Shown here piece by piece: positions 57,969 to 64,000 of a stretch of 64,000 nucleotides of DNA (positions are counted from its first letter, which is position 1; each line of letters starts with the position of its first letter). The stretch covers positions 2,592,603 to 2,656,602 of the forward strand of contig NW_003314262.1 of the NCBI RefSeq assembly GCF_000143415.4, given 5' to 3'. The notes under the pieces were generated by a model, which was not told where the DNA came from, did not search any database, and saw only the letters and a list, made by a program, of their open reading frames with translations. The position numbers were made by a program, and so were the translations under genes. The DNA comes from Selaginella moellendorffii. Lineage: Eukaryota > Plantae > Lycopodiophyta.

Positions 57969-59968
57969 GTGGAGCTTACACAATTCGCGCATCGCACGCA
58001 GCATGGTGAGAAAAGGATCTATCAAAGTCCTTTACTGTTCAAGAACAGGTGCCTGCTTCCAAATTTCTTATCTTTTCGTACTTGGCTATTCCTTGACGGT
58101 GCCATTTTGCTTTTGTCCTCTAGGCATGCAGCGAGGAGCAAGTGATCGTCCGGCACGCCTCTTCTTTTTGTATCCATGGTATATACTCTTCGATGAATCT
58201 ATCTAATTCCTGCTGGTTTTGATAGATGCAGTGGAGTCGCTTTTGTTCTTGCCTGGTGATGCATCTCCGAGTTTCATCGAGGGTCACTGGAGACTTTTGT
58301 CTGAGAGAGAGAACACTTGCCTTCGCCTGGAGACTTTTCGCATTGCTTGCCTTTGTTTACAGTGCCCGACCTGCCTAGTGCACATAGTATATGCGCTGCA
58401 TCCACATATTTTGCATTATTTGGAGCATGATTTGTCTGCTCGCAGGGTCGACATATCTGATTGGGATTACTGAATTTTGTTTAGCATTTTGCATTCCTGT
58501 CCCGGGACATATGCCTGAGATTTCATTGCAGTTGCCCAGTTTTCTATACTAAACCGCCTCGCAGCAGCAAACTCAAGCTCATGGCTTCCTTTCTTTTCTG
58601 CAATCCTTTAGCTGTCCTTCTCGTGTTGACGTTTACAATTTTTATCCAGCCGATAAGAGTGATGGTGAGATGCATAGATATATATGTACATTGATGCCAC
58701 TGGATACTATCTCGTCTTACCACCCGGATGCAGAAAGGAGAGCGATTTCAGCTGAAAGCGATGGGAAAAGCACCCAAGCTGGATGATCTCAAAGTCAGGC
58801 CTCCGAGTCCTCCAACACCTTGGAAGGTATCCAAATCTAAGTTCCAGTTCCTGATATAACCTCGCTCACCGATTCTCTACTGATTTGTCAAGGAATCTTT
58901 TCCTTTTGCGTGCCTCGGAACCATAAAGCCCGTGTCATATACCATTCCTGTGCTGCTGCTCCTGCTGCTGCTACTGCTCCTGCTGCTCCTCTGCCGCATT
59001 GAAGGTGCGTGTTTTTCAAAGGTAGAGAGACATGGGAAGTTCTAGAGTCAAGTGAAATGATTTGTCCAAGCTGTGCTGCTCGTGTCTACGTTTTTTAGAT
59101 GTTATTTTGCATATAGTAGTCATATGCAGTAGTAGCATAGCAGCAGCATTGGGACGACGCACTTCACTTTGCCACCGTTATCCATGCATGCATTTCTATT
59201 TCTACTTAGTCACACAAGCACACAGAAGGAGGAGGACTTCTTTTTTCTTGGGCGCCTGCCTTGACGTTTGTGGAAAAGAATAGCTATGCTTGGGCTGATC
59301 TGGTATGGAATAGCAGCGTAGCTGTGCAAGGCATTTGTAAATGCTGAAGGTGCATTTAATCTTGGAAGGAAAGGCCTTTGCTGATATCATTAAAGTAATC
59401 CGTAAGGCCAGAGGTCCATTTTCTTGGAGACAGTAAAGCCATTGAATTCAATGTCTTTTGTAGTATAGTAGTAGTCGTAGTAGTAGCAGCAGTAGTAGTG
59501 TTGCTTGCACCTTCCATGTCTTTTTATATCAGGTGTGTGTGGGCCTTGGGACTGGAGTCGTCGCATTTCTTTCTTTCCAAGCTCTCTGATTGTCCATCGC
59601 GTCCATCGCTATTAGAGCTAATCTCTCCGGGAATGTTTACAGGGGCCTCAGTTACTCCAGGCAGGGAAAGGAATCCTAACGTTTGGATACGCCGGTGCTC
59701 TTTTGTTGGGATCGATAAGCAAGCATCCACCAGGAGCAACGGTTTACTGGTATGAATGTGCTATAAAAAAAAAAAAAAATCCATAAACACCATCACCACC
59801 AGATCGTCTTACAGGTATTTTAGCAGTCCCCCTCTGCAGACAAAGAGAAAGGGAAGGCAACGAGCCAAAGGTACTTGCAACGTCTCAATACATATAGCAT
59901 GGAATGAACAAATGTGATTGTGATGTTCTGGCCCTTTTGCAGCAGAAGTTCAAAAATGGGGGATTGTG

Positions 59969-59971
<3 letters not shown>

Positions 59972-60001
<30 letters not shown>
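59972..60001. repeat. (AC)n microsatellite; also (GA)n at about 57079-57099 and (GTGCC)n at about 57195-57220
   Basis: Directly visible simple repeats. Confidence 0.95.
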
Positions 60002-60004
<3 letters not shown>

Positions 60005-61736
60005 TGCTGCACTGCAGCAGGTTTATGCAACACCAACACCACAGGAGGTAAAATTCAAAAGCCACTCCGTCTTTACCTCTTCTGCAACTTGGGCTTTCAG
60101 CTACAGTTCTGCACCCTGCTCGTCCTGCTTCTTTGGCATCTTTCCACTCGCCTTTCTCTTTATCTGGCCCATTTGCAAAACCAGGGAGCGTTTCCAAACC
60201 GGCCAGTCAGTCTCCCCATCTCGCTCGCTCTTTTCACTCCCTCTCAAAGCAACAAACAACTTGTACAAGAGAAGCTCGTAAACATTTACGATCCCTCGGT
60301 CGCTCGCGCTCGCTTCGTTCGCACACTCGCTCGTAAAGTCGCCATCAAAGTTGCATAGCTTTCGTCCTGTGCACTTTCGTCCTGCTTGCTGCTACATTTG
60401 TCTCTCCCTTTTTTTCTTTTTTTTTTCTTCTGCCAGGCTTGGTATTTTAAACCCGCCGCCGAACGGCTTCTAAATCTGAAGCCTGCCTTCTAAATTTGAA
60501 TTATCCGCATCAGGCATATATGTGTGAGAGTCTGTGTGCAGCTGGTACTCGCTCGGGTACCGCAGAAAAGCCTCGTTCATAATGTAACCTGCAATGATTT
60601 GGCATCAGTCAGTTTCCTCACTTATAATACTTGTCTAACCTGCATTTACTCCCCAGCTCTATGGCTATAGCCCTCCTATAGACCACCATGTCAAAGTTCT
60701 CGTCTTTTAACTATACTGTTCGCCTTCACTTTGATGGGTGCATTTCTCTTCTTTCCAGCTCGTAGCCCAATGAGATTCTTGAACGAATTTTGGGAGGGAT
60801 CACACATATCCCAGCTCCAGAGACAACATCATTTTCTATCCAGCCAAAATCCCATGGCATCATTGGAATAAATAGTGATCTTGTAGACAAGTCATAAGAG
60901 GATTGGAATCAGGCTTTTACATTTCTAAGCAAGTTTGGTTTGATATACCTATACCTTTTTACCTTTTCTTCAAAGTAGCACTAGTACCCTAAATCAAGTT
61001 GCAATTTTCCTCCCGTGCGGATCACCCAGAAAGAAGTGTCTACTGCATTCGTTCCGATAGAGGCAACTTTTCCAACCCACTTTCGTTGGTTAATTGATTC
61101 AGCGTGCTTTCGGCTGGAAAGATCTGCGCTGCAAGCAAGCATCGGTGACAATACACAAAAACTATGGTTTAGCTACAACCCAGAAAATGAAAAAAAAAAG
61201 AAAAAAGAGGAGCATTCTCTGTAAAAGGTTAGACACAACATGGAAAGGATTAGCACAGCACAGCGAGAAAGCTAATCACTCACAGCCTTAGAAGCGTCAT
61301 ACCATTGTAGTAGACGATTATGAAAGGAAAAACTTTAAAGAAAAACCTCTACAAAAACGAACACACAAAACGTTAATAGTGTCAACTGTGTCAGTCGTCA
61401 CCTGGAAAGAATTCTCGAATCTCAAACTCGTTAGAAGCGCCATGTCCACCATGCCCACCACCACTTTGGTCTTTCTCTCTCTCTCCCTCTCTCTTTTCTT
61501 TGTTGACAGCGTAGCGCTAGTAAAACAACACAAATTCATCATCATCACTATCATCAGCCTGCGCAGATTCAAACAAAAAAAAACGACACTGTGTTGAAGT
61601 TAGCACGGCGTTAGCAGCAACAACAAGATCAGCACAAGAATCAAACCATGGCACGAGAAAAAAAAAAAATCCAAGTAAGCGAAACGAAAAAATAAATTGC
61701 GGAGAAGTGAGTAAGATATCACATACCTGGAGAGCC

Positions 61737-63848
61737 TTACTTCATCTTCATCTCGGACATAAACCGCTCGTACTCCGACTCCACCTGGTTAGCCGGCGGG
61801 TTCTCGGCCGCGGCGGCATTCGTGGCCCACGGAGGAACAGCCGGAGGCGGCGGTCCAGTGTAGTAGCCACCAGAGTACTGCGGAGGATAGCCATGGTACG
61901 CGGGGCCCGAGAACTCCGACCCCTGCGACGCCGCTCCCTGCGACTCTTGCGACGCTGGCGGCGGGGAGAAACCCGGCGGCGGGGGCGCTGGATCCACCGC
62001 GTACACCCCCGGCGGCGGGAACGCGTTGAAAGGTGGCGGAGGGACCGTCCCCGGCGGAGCCAGCGGGTACTGAGCGGCGTAAGGATTGAAAGGTGGCGGC
62101 GGGCCGGGACCCCACGGTGGTGGTGCCGCCATGGACCCGGGTGGCCGAGGAAACGCCGTATAGGCTCCACCGCCGCCACTTCCATCCATTCCATACGCCG
62201 CCGGGGCGCCTGGAGCCGGGGGCCGGCCAGCGATCCTCACCGCCAGCGTCTTGTCCTCGATCTTCCACCCGTTCATGCTAAACACCGCCTGGCTCGCCGC
62301 CGCCGGGTCCGTGAACTTGACGAACCCGTAGCCTTTGCTCGCGCCGGTGGTCCGGTCCTTGATCACTTTCACCTCCTCGATCTGTCCAAACGACGAGAAG
62401 AGCCGCTTCAAGGACTCGTCGTCGTACGTCGCCGGCAAGTAGCCCACGTAGAGGTTCGTATCATCGTCCTTGGGCTTCGCCGCCAGGCCCCCCGGAGCAC
62501 CACTCGGTCCCCCGAGAAGCAAAGTCGGCCCGGTGTGGCGGCCGACGCTGGCGTCGCCGCCACCGCCGCTACCGTCGGCGTTCACCTCCACCAGGAACTT
62601 CTGGTACTCCCCGTCCATCTTGTTCACCGCCGGTCCCTGCTGCGTGCAATCGCTCGTCGGGTGGCCGCCGTCGCCACACTTCGCGCACACCACCCCAGCC
62701 TTGAAAGTCGTGCTCTTCTCAGGACAGCAGTACTGCCGGTGGCCGAGCTGTCCACACTGGCGGCAGCTCTCGTCGTCCCGGATCGTCCCGTTCAGCGCCG
62801 CCAGCTCTCGCAACTGCGCTCGCTTGTGCTCGTTCCGCCCCTCCTCTACCGGCTGGAGGAGCTTCTCCACCATCCCAGCCGCCGCCTCCAGCGCCTCCTC
62901 GGTGTCCGCCTCCACCAGGACGTGCAAGTCCTCGTTCTCGGACGGATCCGGCTTAACGTCCCTCTTCTGGTGCGTTCTTCCTTCTTTCACAGACCCTTTC
63001 CCGCGGATCACGATCTTCGCTCCAGTCTCCTTCTCCATCCTCTTCTGCGTGTTCCCGCGCGGCCCGATGATGAGTCCTATGAAGTTGTACCCCGGGTACT
63101 CCTTCGACGGGATGTAGAGCTTCTTCTGGAGCTTCGGAGGTTTGTAGTCAGGTGGCGGCTTGAAGTGTGGGTTCTTCTTTATCATCTCGGAGATGAGCTC
63201 GTGACGCTCCTTCGTCAGCTTCTCGCGAGCTCGATACTCTCTTGTGTTGATCCTAATGCCCATGTTGTCGTAGATGGGCTCCGGGGATGGAGACCTCGGC
63301 ATATCGGGCCGGTCGTCGTAGAGCTGTCCCATTTGGAGCCTCCGGTTGAGCTCCAACACCTTGATATTGAGCGCTTGCATCTCGGGATCCCACTCGATCG
63401 TCGGGAAGTTCGCCAAATTCACATTGGCCAGCAGCGTCTTGGGCTCCTCCGCGGCCCATCGCGACTTCCTCTTCTTGGGGGCGGCGGCGCCGCTGCCATC
63501 GCCGCCGGGCGGCCGCTGCGGATCGATGAGTTGCAGCTGCTGCTGCTGCTGGCTTTGCTGGGGATTTTGGCCGCCGCCCTCTTCCCCGGTGGATTCCGGC
63601 TGGGGCTCCCATCGGCTCCTCCTCTTCTTACCCTCCGCCGAGCCCTGGTTCTCCACGGAGCCGCCGCGGTCGTGCCTGTGGTGGTGATGATCCGAGTCCG
63701 AGTCCGTGCTGTGGCGATCCTTGCCGTAGTGATGACGGTGGCTGTGATGCCGCTGGATACCTGGCGGGGGGCTCTCTGGGCTGCTGCTTGGCGCATACCA
63801 TCGATCGTTCCATCCCCCGGTGCTGTACGCCATGGCCGGCTGCTCCAT
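61737..63848 (-). CDS. SF1: Splicing factor 1 / branchpoint-bridging protein (KH-QUA2, two zinc knuckles, RRM, Pro-rich tail)
   Basis: [40 protein letters not shown]2 [14 protein letters not shown], two CCHC knuckles, plant-type RRM (NLYVGYL...KGYGFVKF), terminal EYERFMSEM. Confidence 0.96.
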   Translation of the reverse strand: MEQPAMAYSTGGWNDRWYAPSSSPESPPPGIQRHHSHRHHYGKDRHSTDSDSDHHHHRHDRGGSVENQGSAEGKKRRSRWEPQPESTGEEGGGQNPQQSQQQQQLQLIDPQRPPGGDGSGAAAPKKRKSRWAAEEPKTLLANVNLANFPTIEWDPEMQALNIKVLELNRRLQMGQLYDDRPDMPRSPSPEPIYDNMGIRINTREYRAREKLTKERHELISEMIKKNPHFKPPPDYKPPKLQKKLYIPSKEYPGYNFIGLIIGPRGNTQKRMEKETGAKIVIRGKGSVKEGRTHQKRDVKPDPSENEDLHVLVEADTEEALEAAAGMVEKLLQPVEEGRNEHKRAQLRELAALNGTIRDDESCRQCGQLGHRQYCCPEKSTTFKAGVVCAKCGDGGHPTSDCTQQGPAVNKMDGEYQKFLVEVNADGSGGGGDASVGRHTGPTLLLGGPSGAPGGLAAKPKDDDTNLYVGYLPATYDDESLKRLFSSFGQIEEVKVIKDRTTGASKGYGFVKFTDPAAASQAVFSMNGWKIEDKTLAVRIAGRPPAPGAPAAYGMDGSGGGGAYTAFPRPPGSMAAPPPWGPGPPPPFNPYAAQYPLAPPGTVPPPPFNAFPPPGVYAVDPAPPPPGFSPPPASQESQGAASQGSEFSGPAYHGYPPQYSGGYYTGPPPPAVPPWATNAAAAENPPANQVESEYERFMSEMKMK

Positions 63849-64000
63849 CGTTCCTATTCTTCCACTTCCAAGGTGCCCTAAATTTCGCGCTGCCCTAGCA
63901 TCTATGGCGGTCTTTAAAACTCGGAGCGATTCCCGGAGAATATTCTCTGGGCGGGCTTGGAGAAGATTTTAGGGCGCACGGAGCTGGATTTTAGGGCGGT

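Noticed and set aside
60437-60493. Exon-like piece AWYFKPAAERLLNLKPAF* faintly resembling the end of the SAC51 conserved uORF
   Set aside because: Similarity is weak, there is no matching upstream exon and no downstream bHLH main ORF.
61707-63881. 724-aa plus-strand ORF antisense to SF1
   Set aside because: Arg-rich, no domain, and co-extensive with a GC-rich CDS; a shadow ORF from codon bias.

Overview
Very gene-dense land-plant nuclear DNA. Introns of about 45-80 bp, intergenic gaps often under 150 bp and several PLS-class PPR genes suggest a lycophyte such as Selaginella (inference). The left part (1-22.7 kb) holds the 3' part of TERT, three PLS-class PPR genes, an 8-exon lycopene beta-cyclase, a sphingolipid delta-4 desaturase, a RING-H2 gene, a spliced 48-aa membrane microprotein missed by the ORF track, an FCP1/SCP-like phosphatase, a taspase-1-like gene and a class III peroxidase with a long Gly-rich N-terminal repeat domain. 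The middle (22.8-55.9 kb) is a nested tandem array. It has six intact copies of an intronless gene with an atypical C-terminal Dof-like zinc finger and a variable SSEPKRPKT repeat. Between them lie four 5'-truncated peroxidase pseudogenes, three passively duplicated copies of one dead Ty3/gypsy insertion (same site, 4-bp TSD, inverted gag N-terminus, one empty site) and two mitoferrin-like carrier copies. The right part has about 4 kb with many splice-like signals but no long ORF, then SF1/BBP on the minus strand. The main candidate novelty is the amplified, recombining Dof-like array, in which only that gene stays intact in every copy.
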